From the sequence record SRR9188677_178: a stretch of 64,000 bases of DNA, one strand, 5' to 3'. Shown piece by piece: positions 33,076 to 44,017 of the stretch. Made by a program: the position numbers and the translations under genes. Each line of letters begins with the position of its first letter. The stretch's first letter is position 1. Below the pieces are notes generated by a model. That model saw nothing but the letters and a program-made list of their open reading frames with translations, was not told where the DNA came from and ran no database searches.

Positions 33076-34467
33076 TTAAAGCGGCAGGTTTAGCACGCGG
33101 GTCTTTTTTTGCGCAAATACTTTATTCAGCAGTTTATAAGTATCCAGGTCGAATTTAAGCTTAGTGATTTGTGTGCTTAATCCTTGCAGGCTTTCATCGC
33201 TATCAGCCACTCCCAGGTAAACCCAATGCTCGAACACATGAATCTGCCTGATATCGTTTTCCAGACTGTACTCCTCAATACCAATTTTGCCTGCGAAAGG
33301 CCAGGCCTTGAGTTTGTGGGCGATTAACGCCTGTTGCAGCCGCAAGCCGTGCATCTCGGTTGATTCATGACCGCAACAGGCGCCTTTGCAGTGTTTCAAC
33401 CGATACGCTAGACAAGCACCGCTGCTGTCGCTTTCCAGCCCTAATGTTTTCAGGCATAAGCGATTTTGCTGGGCAATTTTACGCAAGGCTTCAGTTGCCT
33501 GGTGACGGCTTTTAAACGTGCCGAACATGCGATTCAACTGGCTGGAGTCCATATCCTCTTCATCAACAAGCCTGATCATGGGTTGCGCAGACGAATCCAG
33601 TAACCAGCTGCAAAGTTGGCGCTCTTGCCGCATCTGACGGTTGTAGGCCGGTGCTCGCTCCCTGATCAGGCGCGACTCCAGTATTACCGCACTCAACTCT
33701 CCGGCGGTGGGTATCCACTCCAAGCGCTTAATTTCCTGCACCAGGCGCTTATCCTTACCGTTAGCTCGCTCATTGCTAAAATGAGAGAGTACGCGGGCAC
33801 GCATATTCGTCCCTTTACCTATATATAACAGCGAGTCGTTTTCACCATAAAACTGGTACACGCCTGGTGTTTCCGGTAATTCACCAATCAGGTTTGCATC
33901 AATATGCGGCGGCAATACAGGCGATGCCATCAGTTTTTGCGCAGCGCTCTGGATGACAGTTTCACCCAACTGCTGCCTCGCATCAGACAGCATTCTCAGG
34001 ATGGCTTCGACGTCGCCCATGGCGCGGTGGCGGGCCAGGCCTTCGATTTTATGGCGGGCCACAATCGCATCTATGCCGTGGCTGAAATGTTCCGGGTATA
34101 ACAGACGTGATAGCTTGACCGTGCATAACACTTTTTGCTGAAAGTTGATGCCTATACGCTTGAATTCGGTTTTGAGGAAACCATAATCAAACCTGACATT
34201 GTGAGCCGCCAGCACACTACCTTCCAGAAAAGCCAGCAGCTGGCCTGCCACTTCAGAAAACTCGGGAGCATTTTCAACCATGGCATTGTTGATGCCGGTC
34301 AATGACTGGATAAATGGGGGAATCGCCATTTGCGGATTGACCAATGTCTGCCAGCGGGCAGTTTCGACCCCATCATCAAAACGCACCAGCGCAATTTCGG
34401 TAATGCGGTCTTTTAGCGGGGTGGCGCCCGTGGTTTCGAGATCAAGAAAAGTGATGGACGGCAGCAT
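33076..34467 (-). CDS. DEDDh 3'-5' exonuclease (DnaQ-like) fused to a GIY-YIG (UvrC/Cho-like) domain
   Basis: FLDLETTG, AHNVRFD and HRAMGD exonuclease motifs; PGVYQF...LYIGK GIY-YIG motif; Cys cluster. Confidence 0.85.
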   Translation of the reverse strand: MLPSITFLDLETTGATPLKDRITEIALVRFDDGVETARWQTLVNPQMAIPPFIQSLTGINNAMVENAPEFSEVAGQLLAFLEGSVLAAHNVRFDYGFLKTEFKRIGINFQQKVLCTVKLSRLLYPEHFSHGIDAIVARHKIEGLARHRAMGDVEAILRMLSDARQQLGETVIQSAAQKLMASPVLPPHIDANLIGELPETPGVYQFYGENDSLLYIGKGTNMRARVLSHFSNERANGKDKRLVQEIKRLEWIPTAGELSAVILESRLIRERAPAYNRQMRQERQLCSWLLDSSAQPMIRLVDEEDMDSSQLNRMFGTFKSRHQATEALRKIAQQNRLCLKTLGLESDSSGACLAYRLKHCKGACCGHESTEMHGLRLQQALIAHKLKAWPFAGKIGIEEYSLENDIRQIHVFEHWVYLGVADSDESLQGLSTQITKLKFDLDTYKLLNKVFAQKKTRVLNLPL

Positions 34468-34511
34468 AATTCCGAGGAGTCAATTCGTGGCACTAAAAGT
34501 AATGTGCGCCC

Positions 34512-34539
34512 ATATATTTTATCTTATATATTTTATCTT
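34512..34539. repeat. Perfect 14-bp tandem duplication
   Basis: ATATATTTTATCTT repeated twice upstream of the exonuclease gene. Confidence 0.7.
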
Positions 34540-34740
34540 AATTGATACACTTATAAGGGGCTTTAAATCTATGACTCATGCAACGCAGAGCGGTTCTTTG
34601 CCGAGATTGACAATAATTTAAGCATGCAACAGCCAATTATACTGAATTACCTTCATAACTACGTAAAACAACTCTAGACAGTGTCAGTAATTGATGCTGT
34701 AATATTCGGATTCCATTGATGACAATTTAAAGCTCCATTC

Positions 34741-35178
34741 ATGCCGAATTTATACCTAGAAAATCAGCTATGTTTTTCACTTTACTCCGCAACGCATGCC
34801 CTACTTCGATCCTATAAGCCCGACCTTGATAAGCTGAATCTAACATACCCTCAATATCTGGTACTGGTCGCACTTTGGCAATACAAGCAGCTTTCAATTA
34901 AAGAAATCGCCGAAAAATTGCTGTTGGAACCGGCTACGATTACGCCTGTGGTAAAACGGCTGGAAGTGAAGAAACTGACTAAACGTACACGCCAGAAAGA
35001 TGATGAGCGGGTAGTGATTGTCAGCCTGACTGAAGAGGGTTTGAACCTGCGCAGCAAGTTGTCTGAAGTGCAAAAACGCGTTGCCTGCGATACCGGCTTG
35101 TCTGATGCAGCCTTCCATACACTCAATAAAACCTTGAGTGAATTAACAAGAAACGTCAGCTCGAAATCTGTAGATTAA
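34741..35178 (+). CDS. ohrR: MarR-family regulator, OhrR-like
   Basis: LENQLCFSLY peroxidatic-Cys motif, LTYPQYLVL and DERVV, plus a second C-terminal Cys. Confidence 0.75.
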   Translation: MPNLYLENQLCFSLYSATHALLRSYKPDLDKLNLTYPQYLVLVALWQYKQLSIKEIAEKLLLEPATITPVVKRLEVKKLTKRTRQKDDERVVIVSLTEEGLNLRSKLSEVQKRVACDTGLSDAAFHTLNKTLSELTRNVSSKSVD

Positions 35179-35195
35179 ACTTTAATCTGAAAAAC

Positions 35196-35229
35196 AAAAG
35201 GCAGTGACGGTTAAGTCACTGCCTTTTTT
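35196..35229. terminator. Bidirectional intrinsic terminator
   Basis: AAAAGGCAGTGAC...GTCACTGCCTTTTTT between convergent genes. Confidence 0.8.
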
Positions 35230-35249
35230 AATACCATTTTCTTCCGTTA

Positions 35250-35489
35250 TCAGGCGTTTTTCAACTGACGCATAAACGCCTCAAATGAGCCTTTGGTGGC
35301 TTGCAATGCATGCAACTTGCTCACCGATTCAGTTAAAGATTCACTCATCATTTCCAGCGCATCTTCATCCAACCTCAAACTCATGGCTCCTATTTCCAGC
35401 TCAACCGTGCGGTGTGTTTCACAGTAATGTACGCGGAAACCCGCCTGGCCTGATAACAAAATTTTCTTACACATTGAATGTTCGCTCAT
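35250..35489 (-). CDS. Small hypothetical protein, gene 3 of the Fur-boxed operon
   Basis: 79 aa (MSEHSMCKK...); resembles the protein at 35814-36026. Confidence 0.7.
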   Translation of the reverse strand: MSEHSMCKKILLSGQAGFRVHYCETHRTVELEIGAMSLRLDEDALEMMSESLTESVSKLHALQATKGSFEAFMRQLKNA

Positions 35490-35524
35490 GATTAGTTTCG
35501 TTGAATTAATGGATGGAATTAGCG

Positions 35525-35803
35525 TCACTCGCGCATGGGGCTAGTGTGTAGCGCTGATTGCTCGTACTCATTCACCAGTAACGTCCACTGCACACACATG
35601 CGACGCGACACTCTGCAGATCAGATCTGAATCTGCATATTCAGGCGCGGTCAGCGTTTCTGCCAAACGCAAGGCTTGCTTGGCCAGCTCGTAAGTGGGCT
35701 TTTTAATATATAGCGTTGCGATGTAAAGCAATGACGCCATGACGGACTCTGCGTCCGGCAGTGACGGATCAAAGCGCATTGTCTCTTTTCCGATTGCCTG
35801 CAT
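35525..35803 (-). CDS. Small hypothetical helical protein, gene 2 of the Fur-boxed operon
   Basis: 92-aa ORF with an AAGGA RBS, 10 bp after the upstream stop. Confidence 0.7.
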   Translation of the reverse strand: MQAIGKETMRFDPSLPDAESVMASLLYIATLYIKKPTYELAKQALRLAETLTAPEYADSDLICRVSRRMCVQWTLLVNEYEQSALHTSPMRE

Positions 35804-35813
35804 GATGATCCTT

Positions 35814-36026
35814 TCAAATACTCATTTCTATCTCGGTTTGCATCACGATTCTGGCGGCAGCTTTGCGCAGCATTTCGTTAATCACAATAAAACTATCCGC
35901 TTCGAACTTGAGCGTTGTGCCGCCAACTTCAACTTCTACCGTATCGGAAGATTTGTGATAAAGCACTTTACAAGCCGTTTTACCTGCCAGCATGGTCTTG
36001 CCCACTACAGTTTGACGCTTCATCAT
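35814..36026 (-). CDS. Small hypothetical protein, gene 1 of the Fur-boxed operon
   Basis: Strong AGAGGAG RBS before the ATG; 70 aa. Confidence 0.7.
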   Translation of the reverse strand: MMKRQTVVGKTMLAGKTACKVLYHKSSDTVEVEVGGTTLKFEADSFIVINEMLRKAAARIVMQTEIEMSI

Positions 36027-36051
36027 CACTCTCCTCTTGATTAACTTAAAG

Positions 36052-36074
36052 TAAATGATAATTATTATCATTTA
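36052..36074. promoter_or_regulatory. Fur box
   Basis: Perfect palindrome TAAATGATAAT-T-ATTATCATTTA overlapping a minus-strand TTGACT-N17-TATCAT promoter. Confidence 0.85.
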
Positions 36075-36190
36075 GGAAGTCAACTATTTTATTTTGTGGT
36101 ACTTGTTGAAGCAGGAGGGAAATCTAAGAAAAATGCACACATCAGCATGTGCTTTAAGGATGGCATCAACAGAAATGCCGAAATGTTTAA

Positions 36191-38443
36191 CTATTGATTT
36201 TCCAATAAAAAAGATGTTGCATCTTCGCTACGCATAGGCCGGCTTAAATAATAGCCTTGCATCTCATCGCAGCCATGCGCCAGCAGGAATGCTTTCTGCT
36301 CGGCCGTTTCCACGCCTTCGGCGATAGTTTTTAATCCCAGGCTCCGCGCCAGCTGGATAATAGCGATCACAATCGCCTTGTCCTCATCATCGGTAGAAAT
36401 ATCGCGAACGAACGACTGGTCGATCTTTAACTTGTAGACTTTAAACTTTTTAAGGTAACTCAGCGATGAGTACCCGGTACCGAAATCATCAATCGACAAC
36501 CGGATACCCAACAGATCTAGCGCATCCATCATATTGACGGCCCCTTCAGGGTTTTCCAGCGCCACGCCTTCTGTCAACTCAAGTTCAAGCGCCTGCGGCA
36601 TCACCTGGTAGCGATGCAATATTCTCTGCACCAATGCCGGCAATTCGGGATCACGGAACTGGATGCTGGATAAATTTACCGATACACAAATATTATGAAT
36701 ACCCGCTTGTTGCCATTGCTGTATTTGTTGCACAGCCTGTTCAAGCACCCAGCTGCCTATCGAAATAATCAAACCACTGGTTTCTGCCAGAGGAATAAAT
36801 TCGGCCGGCGACACTGCACCCAATTGCGGATGCTGCCAGCGTAATAAGGCCTCTACCCCAACCAGTTTTTTGGTAGTGAGATCCATTTGCGGTTGGTAAT
36901 ACACTTCCAATTGTCTCAAGGAGATTGCCTGGCGCAGGGCATTAGCCATTTGCAAATGACGGGTGGTCTGGATTTGCATCTGGTTACTGAAAAAACGGTA
37001 GCCGTTACGGCTTTCCTTTTTGGTACGGTACATGGCGACATCGGCATTGCGTTGCAGAGTTTCAATATCCAGCCCATCGTCAGGATAAATGGCAATGCCA
37101 ACCGAAGCGGTCACGGTTAGCTGGTATTGGTCTATCACCAAAGGTTGCTCGACCGCCGCGAGCAAACGCTCCACCACCTCTTTAGCGACAGCATGCCCTG
37201 AACCCGCCAATAAAAACACAAACTCATCCCCGCCCAAACGGCAAATCGTATCTTCCGGGCGAACCAGGTTTTGAAAACGCTTGGTCAGTTCAATCAGCAA
37301 GCTGTCGCCGTAGCGGTGTCCAAGGCTGTCATTTACATCCTTGAAATGATCCAGGTCGAGGAACATCAAGGCAAACTGGCTATCATTCGCCCAGGCATTC
37401 TCGATTTCCTTGGTCACACGCTCATTCAACAGGTTACGATTGGGCAAGCTGGTCAGCGCATCATAATTGGCTAAAAATTTTATGCGCGCTTCATAGTCTT
37501 TGCGGCGGGTAATATCGCGCAGGAAAGCGCTGTAATAGCGCTCTCCACTGCTGACTATTTCTATAATGGTCAATTCCACCGGGAATTCAGCGCCATTGCT
37601 ACGCATCGCTGTAATTTCGATAGAACGGCCCAGCAGTTTGGATTCTCCAGAATGTTGCAGCCGTTGCAGACCTTTGTTGTGCGCCTCCCTGTAGCTTTCA
37701 GGGACAATCACTTCTGCCAGACTTCTACCCACGGCATCGCTACGTTTATAGCCAAAAATACGCTCGGCCGCTTTATTCCACTCGATGATAAAACCGCCGG
37801 TATCCATATTGATAATCGCATCCAGCGCATTTTCCATCACCTGACGCGCACGCTGCTCGCTGGCCAGCAGGCTTTTTTGATATTGCGTGCGCTCCTGCTG
37901 CACTGCAAAACGGTCCAGTGCGAAGTCAATATTCGCCACCATGTCCATCAACAGGCGCTGGGTGTCAGGATCAAAAGCGTGTTCTTCAGAGGCATATAAT
38001 GAAAGGCAAGCGACCACTTTACCTTCGGTATGTAGCGGCAAGAAGGCCGCGGCTTTCCAGGAAAACTCTGCTGCCGAAGCATGCCATAAAGAGGCAACCG
38101 GGTTTGTTTGAAAATCCTGTAGCCAGTAAGGCTGGTCGGTGGAAATGGCTAGCCCACAAGGACCTCTTCCATTAGGTTGTTCCGGATCTGCAGAAATAGA
38201 CACTTTGTTGAGGTATTCAAGCCCGGTACCAAAAGCTGCCGCCACATTCACTTGCCTTGTTTCAGGATTGACTTCGCCAACCCAGGCCATTTTCGCGTGA
38301 CCGAAATCGACGATGATGCGGCAAATTTTCTCAAATAGCGCCTGCCGATCGTGGCTTTGCACAATCGCCTGGCTGCATTGACTCAGTGCCAGATAAAGCT
38401 GCGTCAATTGCTGATGATGCTTTACAGTTTGCGACGTGCTCAT
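36191..38443 (-). CDS. GAF-PAS-GGDEF-EAL protein
   Basis: GAF and PAS N-terminus; RLGGDEF, EALLRW and DDFGTGYSS motifs. Confidence 0.9.
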   Translation of the reverse strand: MSTSQTVKHHQQLTQLYLALSQCSQAIVQSHDRQALFEKICRIIVDFGHAKMAWVGEVNPETRQVNVAAAFGTGLEYLNKVSISADPEQPNGRGPCGLAISTDQPYWLQDFQTNPVASLWHASAAEFSWKAAAFLPLHTEGKVVACLSLYASEEHAFDPDTQRLLMDMVANIDFALDRFAVQQERTQYQKSLLASEQRARQVMENALDAIINMDTGGFIIEWNKAAERIFGYKRSDAVGRSLAEVIVPESYREAHNKGLQRLQHSGESKLLGRSIEITAMRSNGAEFPVELTIIEIVSSGERYYSAFLRDITRRKDYEARIKFLANYDALTSLPNRNLLNERVTKEIENAWANDSQFALMFLDLDHFKDVNDSLGHRYGDSLLIELTKRFQNLVRPEDTICRLGGDEFVFLLAGSGHAVAKEVVERLLAAVEQPLVIDQYQLTVTASVGIAIYPDDGLDIETLQRNADVAMYRTKKESRNGYRFFSNQMQIQTTRHLQMANALRQAISLRQLEVYYQPQMDLTTKKLVGVEALLRWQHPQLGAVSPAEFIPLAETSGLIISIGSWVLEQAVQQIQQWQQAGIHNICVSVNLSSIQFRDPELPALVQRILHRYQVMPQALELELTEGVALENPEGAVNMMDALDLLGIRLSIDDFGTGYSSLSYLKKFKVYKLKIDQSFVRDISTDDEDKAIVIAIIQLARSLGLKTIAEGVETAEQKAFLLAHGCDEMQGYYLSRPMRSEDATSFLLENQ

Positions 38444-38754
38444 CAACCACTCCGCTACAGATACATATAAACACATTCACGCGCTTGTAAAATCAAGCAC
38501 ATGCCTGAACCCGCTACTCACAAGTACTGGCCCTGCTATTTTATTTCTTGCTGTACATGATGATATACATTCACAGGAATAAATAAAAACTATTCCTGAA
38601 ACTGTCATCTACTTGCGAAACTGCCTTTATTTCTCAAACTGTAAGTGAAAGGATAAAAATCAAAGCATAGAATATGCAGAGGAAAGACCTGCAGTTTAAC
38701 TATCAACTGAAGAATTTGGATATGGGCTTAGAAGAGCGCTAAAGCAGGCACCTG

Positions 38755-39900
38755 TTAAGATGCCCAGTGTACTTTTCCACAACCTAATAATTTGGCCTGA
38801 TACATGGCTTTATCGGCCAGCGAAAGTAGCTGCTCTATCGTGTCGCCTTCTTTGCAAAGTGCTAGTCCTATGGATGCCCCTAGCTGCCGTTCAGACGTCT
38901 GAATAACGAACTCCTGCTCAAACACCATCAGGCATTTGCTGGCAACCATCTCTACCGAAGACTTGGCGTGTCCTTGCAGATCAGAAAGCACAATCACAAA
39001 TTCATCGCCCCCTACCCTTGCCAGCGTGTCGCTACCACGAATGACCTTACCCAACCGGCGTGACACTTCTATCAGCGCCAGATCGCCGGCCTCGTGTCCA
39101 AGCTGGTCATTAACCGCCTTGAATCCATTCAGGTCCAGGTACAAAATCGCGGTGCTGGTTTTTTTAACTTCTGCAATTTCGATCGCTTGCTGTATGCGCA
39201 CAGCCAGCAATTTACGGTTGGGCAAGCCGGTTAATATATCGTGGTGGGCAACGTGGTTCAGCTCCAGGTTTTGCGCGGATATTTTTTGATAAGCCTCTTT
39301 GAGTGACCCGATTAAATCCTCATTCTCGAAGCTGATGCGCTGCGCCTGCCGTAACGAATGATTAAAACGATAAGTGACGCCTACCATCAGCAAATAGAAA
39401 ATCACACTGAACACCGCCATCACAGCATTCGGCGTGCTGTTACCGGTCGCAAAAATCACTACCGTAGGCAACATCGCAGGCAGGCTGAATGCAAAAAACG
39501 CAGGGATACAGGAAGCCATGGTCACCACGCCACCCATGACCATCGCCTGGATAGCCGTAATCACGATAATCACCGTCATCGGCGGTGCATCAGTGATCAG
39601 GAAACCTAGCGCCCCCCACACTATCCCAGATAACGCCAGGGTCAGGCAATACTGATAAGCTAACTTGCGATCAAACCCCTGCCTGGCTAATTTGTTTTTG
39701 CAGCGCTGCGTTAACCACCAGCGTATCGCAATCACCACATATACAAGGAAAGCCCAGGCAAAAAACAAGTGGCGGTTATCAGAATCAAGCTGTGAAATAG
39801 AGATCAGCAAACCACCGAGGGCACTACCGATTAACGGAATATGGGCGCTCGACATCAGCCGATGAAACAGCGCTTCGTCAACACGGCCCTCTAAACTCAT
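38755..39900 (-). CDS. Membrane diguanylate cyclase
   Basis: Several TM segments; HDILTGLPNR; RGSD inhibitory site; RVGGDEF. Confidence 0.9.
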   Translation of the reverse strand: MSLEGRVDEALFHRLMSSAHIPLIGSALGGLLISISQLDSDNRHLFFAWAFLVYVVIAIRWWLTQRCKNKLARQGFDRKLAYQYCLTLALSGIVWGALGFLITDAPPMTVIIVITAIQAMVMGGVVTMASCIPAFFAFSLPAMLPTVVIFATGNSTPNAVMAVFSVIFYLLMVGVTYRFNHSLRQAQRISFENEDLIGSLKEAYQKISAQNLELNHVAHHDILTGLPNRKLLAVRIQQAIEIAEVKKTSTAILYLDLNGFKAVNDQLGHEAGDLALIEVSRRLGKVIRGSDTLARVGGDEFVIVLSDLQGHAKSSVEMVASKCLMVFEQEFVIQTSERQLGASIGLALCKEGDTIEQLLSLADKAMYQAKLLGCGKVHWAS

Positions 39901-40099
39901 CAAACTTTCTCACTCTTAATGCTTGTTAAAGCTAAATAAATAGCCATCTTATTTAAACTCATGCTAATACAAGCCTGCAAAAATAACCAGTTTACGATCA
40001 GGGTTTTTCATTTCATTACAATCACGCATGATTGAATTAATGTGTCAAAAACTCACTGATTTGGTGAACGAATCACCATTAAGTAATCAAACCTATCAC

Positions 40100-41122
40100 A
40101 TGCTAAACATCGAACACACCACCAGACCCAAGTTATCAGTCCTTGATCTTTCCCCTATTGCTGAAGGCAGTCATGCAGGACAATCGTTCAAGCATACGCT
40201 GGATCTTGCCCAGCATGCAGAAAAGTGGGGTTACCATCGTTATTGGTTGGCTGAGCATCATGGCATGCCTGGTATCGCCAGTGCCGCCACATCGATTCTG
40301 ATAGGTCATGTCGCAGCGGGCACGAGCAGTATCCGTGTCGGCGCTGGCGGCATCATGCTGCCCAACCATTCACCATTAGTGATTGCTGAACAATTTGGCA
40401 CTTTAGAATCTCTATTCCCCAAACGGATTGATCTCGGCGTTGGGCGTGCGCCAGGTTCTGATCAATTGACTGCGCGCGCCCTGCGAAGAAATCTTGATTC
40501 GGATGCTGATGCTTTTCCTCAAGATGTAATGGAGTTACTGGATTACTTTTCTGCTGAACCCAAGCGTCCGGTAAAAGCGATTCCGGGAACGGGATTAGAA
40601 ATACCGGTATGGATTCTTGGCTCGAGCTTATTTGGTGCACAACTTGCCGCGGCTTTGGGCTTGCCTTTCGCATTCGCCTCGCACTTTGCTCCGGCCTATA
40701 TGCTGCAAGCAATTGAAATTTACCGGGAAACTTTCAAGCCCTCACAATACCTGGATAAACCTTATCTGATGCTTGGATTTAATGTTTTTGCCGCAGATAC
40801 TGAGGAAGAAGCCATTTTCCTGGCTTCCTCAATGCAGCAGGCATTTGTCAATTTGCGCAGTGGAAATCCAACCAGATTACCGCCGCCAGTGTTTGATCTA
40901 TGGAACCAACTGGGCGGTGCTGAGCGTGCGATTCTGAACCAGGTGTTATCTTGCTCGGCAATCGGTGACGGTAAAAAAGTTATCAGTGACATACTGGCTT
41001 TTATTGCCAAAACCGGCGCTGATGAGTTGATGATTACATCGCAGATCTTTGATCATACAGCGCGGCTCAGATCATATGAAATTACGGCGAATGTTTACAA
41101 AACCACTCTATTCGAAGCGTAG
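40100..41122 (+). CDS. LLM-class flavin-dependent oxidoreductase (YhbW-like)
   Basis: [29 protein letters not shown] and ASHFAP motifs. Confidence 0.9.
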   Translation: MLNIEHTTRPKLSVLDLSPIAEGSHAGQSFKHTLDLAQHAEKWGYHRYWLAEHHGMPGIASAATSILIGHVAAGTSSIRVGAGGIMLPNHSPLVIAEQFGTLESLFPKRIDLGVGRAPGSDQLTARALRRNLDSDADAFPQDVMELLDYFSAEPKRPVKAIPGTGLEIPVWILGSSLFGAQLAAALGLPFAFASHFAPAYMLQAIEIYRETFKPSQYLDKPYLMLGFNVFAADTEEEAIFLASSMQQAFVNLRSGNPTRLPPPVFDLWNQLGGAERAILNQVLSCSAIGDGKKVISDILAFIAKTGADELMITSQIFDHTARLRSYEITANVYKTTLFEA

Positions 41123-41501
41123 GCCTGATTAGACACGCTCATTTATATCCAACTTGGCATCTGTTTTAAAAATTACTTTTAAATTAAAACCAACCTGCAA
41201 GCATTATGATAATATTTATCACGGCAACCATAATATTTGGTGCTTATCTACATCTAGATTTATTTCCCTATCTACCCACTCTCCGGAGTGGTTTTTTTTG
41301 CCTGTTGATAGCAGATACAACCAATCCATGGAACTTAGCCCTTTTCAAGAGGACTTATTAAATATCTGACAGACAAAATACGGCTATAACGGTAATATCA
41401 CGCGTTGATAAATATATTGCATAAATGTACGCAAGCATTTGGTTTTATTGAGTAAATATATTTATGCCCATTAATAACAAATACAAGCATTACAAAAATT
41501 T

Positions 41502-43151
41502 ATGAGCAAACATCCCGAAAAGCCTTCCCATTCGCAAGGCTCCACAATTGAAGTCACCGAATACCACGATAACGCGATTGCAGAGCATAAAGACGATATC
41601 TTTTTTGCCGCGATTGAAAGTACACGCATGCCGATGCTGGTGACAGACCCGAGGCAACCGGATAATCCTATCGTGTTTGCCAACAGGGCATTTATTTCCA
41701 TGAGTGGCTACAAAGCTGAAGAAATCATCGGTCATAACTGTCGTTTTTTACAGGGGCCAGATACGGATTCTCATACCGTGAATTCGATACGTGAAGCAAT
41801 TGCTTCGCGCACCGAAATCACTACTGAAATTCTCAATTACCGCAAGGATGGCTCTTCGTTCTGGAATGCCCTCTACATCTCGCCGGTGTACAACAAGAAA
41901 AAAGAACTGGTATATTATTTTGCTTCGCAACTGGATGTCAGCCGACGCCGCGATGCCGAAGATGCTTTAACGCAGGCGCAGAAAATGGAAGCGTTAGGCC
42001 AGCTTACCGGCGGTATTTCGCATGACTTTAATAATTTCCTGCAAGTGATGTCTGGCCATGTCGATATCCTCAAATTGAAGATAGACCGCCAACAAGCGGA
42101 TGATGCCTCCATCTTGCGCGGGTTGGAAAGCATACGCAGTGCAGTGACCAGAGCGTCAGCACTGACACAGCAATTGCTGGCATTTGCCCGCAAGCAACGC
42201 CTGGATGGCCGTATCGTCAATCTTAACAACGTGGCGCAAGGCATTAGTGATCTTGTTCTAAAAACGCTGGGGCCTGAAATATCACTGCAACGCGAGCTTG
42301 ACCCTGACCTGCACAATTGCCAGCTCGACCCGACCCAGCTTGAAGCCTGCCTGATTAACGTGCTGGTGAATGCCCGTGATGCGATGCCTAAAGGCGGCAA
42401 AGTTACCCTGGTTACCGAAAATGTAACCGTGTCCCCGGAAGACATCAGCGCCTATGCTGGATTGCCACCTGGCCGCTATGTGTCGATTGCGATCACCGAT
42501 ACCGGCACCGGGATCCCACCGGAAATCTTGAATCGCGTGATGGATCCTTTCTTCACCACCAAGGAAGAAGGCAAAGGCACTGGCCTTGGCCTTTCAATGG
42601 TGTATGGTTTTGCCAAACAATCTGGCGGTACTGCGACCATTTATTCAGAGTTGAATGTGGGTACCACCGTGCGTATCTACTTTAAAGCAACTGACCAGAC
42701 CCGCCATGTTGACCTGGCTGGCGCTAAAACGCAGGCAGATCGTGGCGGCAAAGAAACAGTCCTGGTGGTGGATGACCGGCCTGAAGTGTCTGAATTAGCA
42801 ATGGAAATGTTGCTGACGCTTGGCTACGAAGTGATTGTGTCCAATAGCGCGATTGAAGCGATCAATACCACCAAGAAGCTGGTTGAAAAAAAACAGCCTC
42901 CTCAATTACTGTTTTCGGACATTATTATGCCTGGCGGTATCAATGGCATTATGCTGGCGCGGGAATTGCGTAAACTTATCCCTAACTTGCCGGTTCTCCT
43001 CACCACTGGCTATGCCGGGTCACCGGATAAAGAACAGGATCAGGGTGTAGAGTTTGAAGTCCTGACCAAGCCATACAAAATGGCAGATCTGGCTAAAAAA
43101 GTGAGGTCCGTATTGGAAGGCCCTACGGTATTACAGAATCGCAGAAAATAA
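41502..43151 (+). CDS. LOV-domain hybrid histidine kinase (blue-light sensor)
   Basis: DNPIVFAN...GHNCRFLQG with the photoactive Cys, NYRKDG and FWN; HisKA GGISHDFNN; HATPase; C-terminal REC. Confidence 0.93.
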   Translation: MSKHPEKPSHSQGSTIEVTEYHDNAIAEHKDDIFFAAIESTRMPMLVTDPRQPDNPIVFANRAFISMSGYKAEEIIGHNCRFLQGPDTDSHTVNSIREAIASRTEITTEILNYRKDGSSFWNALYISPVYNKKKELVYYFASQLDVSRRRDAEDALTQAQKMEALGQLTGGISHDFNNFLQVMSGHVDILKLKIDRQQADDASILRGLESIRSAVTRASALTQQLLAFARKQRLDGRIVNLNNVAQGISDLVLKTLGPEISLQRELDPDLHNCQLDPTQLEACLINVLVNARDAMPKGGKVTLVTENVTVSPEDISAYAGLPPGRYVSIAITDTGTGIPPEILNRVMDPFFTTKEEGKGTGLGLSMVYGFAKQSGGTATIYSELNVGTTVRIYFKATDQTRHVDLAGAKTQADRGGKETVLVVDDRPEVSELAMEMLLTLGYEVIVSNSAIEAINTTKKLVEKKQPPQLLFSDIIMPGGINGIMLARELRKLIPNLPVLLTTGYAGSPDKEQDQGVEFEVLTKPYKMADLAKKVRSVLEGPTVLQNRRK

Positions 43152-43177
43152 TCCCTGCCAGCGTTTGAATCTTAGCG

Positions 43178-43219
43178 AATCACTGGTGAAAATTGACGGA
43201 AGATCTTTCACCAGTGATT
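43178..43219 (+). terminator. Long hairpin after the LOV kinase
   Basis: AATCACTGGTGAAA...TTTCACCAGTGATT, 14-bp stem. Confidence 0.55.
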
Positions 43220-43498
43220 TGCTGTCTGTTTTCATGATTGGCTATTCCTTATCGCGTTTGATATGCGTGATCATGGCTTCACGCTTTATCACAACGCCAT
43301 CATGCTGCCGACTTCACAATCCAAAAACCCGCTAGACTTCATTGCATTAGCTGGCAGACTCCGATATAAATTAGGATAAATATATTGTATGATTTATGCG
43401 GCTATTTCTTGCGCCGTGACTCCGGAGCAAGTTGAATCAGTCATCATGTAATTCGTTAACGGATGAAATAATCCTGATAAAAATAAAGGGAACATGCC

Positions 43499-44017
43499 AT
43501 GCAAATATTCACTAAAAAAGCGAGCAAAATACTGTGCCAGATAGCACTTTTTCCTTTGCTCTTGAACCCATTGTTTGGTCATACTTCAAGCGACGGTGCC
43601 AAAGTAATATGCACTTCACCACAAGCATCTTTAAATAAAGCAGGTGTTAAACAGGATGTAATTGCGCTGATGAGCATGGATGAGGTACTGCCGGACTGCA
43701 CGCAGCATGTCACCCAGGCAAAGATTAAAAATGTTGCTTACAGCGAAAGCGGTATTTCATTACAAAGTATGAACTTCAAATGGCATGAAACTGATACTAC
43801 CGTGCTCACCAATATCGGTGAAAATGCAGCATTAACCATTGATGAGATCCGAAGTGCAAGCCAATTTATCCAGGTTGGCAAAAGTTATCTTATGCACTTC
43901 CAATTGTGTCAAGGCGCATCGCCAAGCCTTATCAGCATGTATACACTGGGCAATGTCGGACTGAATACCAAAAAAAGTAAAGTTAAAGTAACCACCAAAT
44001 CATTAAAATCGGTTTAG
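43499..44017 (+). CDS. Hypothetical protein, possibly exported
   Basis: 172-aa ORF with a hydrophobic N-terminal segment; no family recognised. Confidence 0.55.
   Translation: MQIFTKKASKILCQIALFPLLLNPLFGHTSSDGAKVICTSPQASLNKAGVKQDVIALMSMDEVLPDCTQHVTQAKIKNVAYSESGISLQSMNFKWHETDTTVLTNIGENAALTIDEIRSASQFIQVGKSYLMHFQLCQGASPSLISMYTLGNVGLNTKKSKVKVTTKSLKSV

Noticed and set aside
36027-36071. N-terminal extension MIIIIIYF of the first Fur-operon ORF
   Set aside because: It is simply the translated Fur box; the RBS points to a start at 36026 or 36023.
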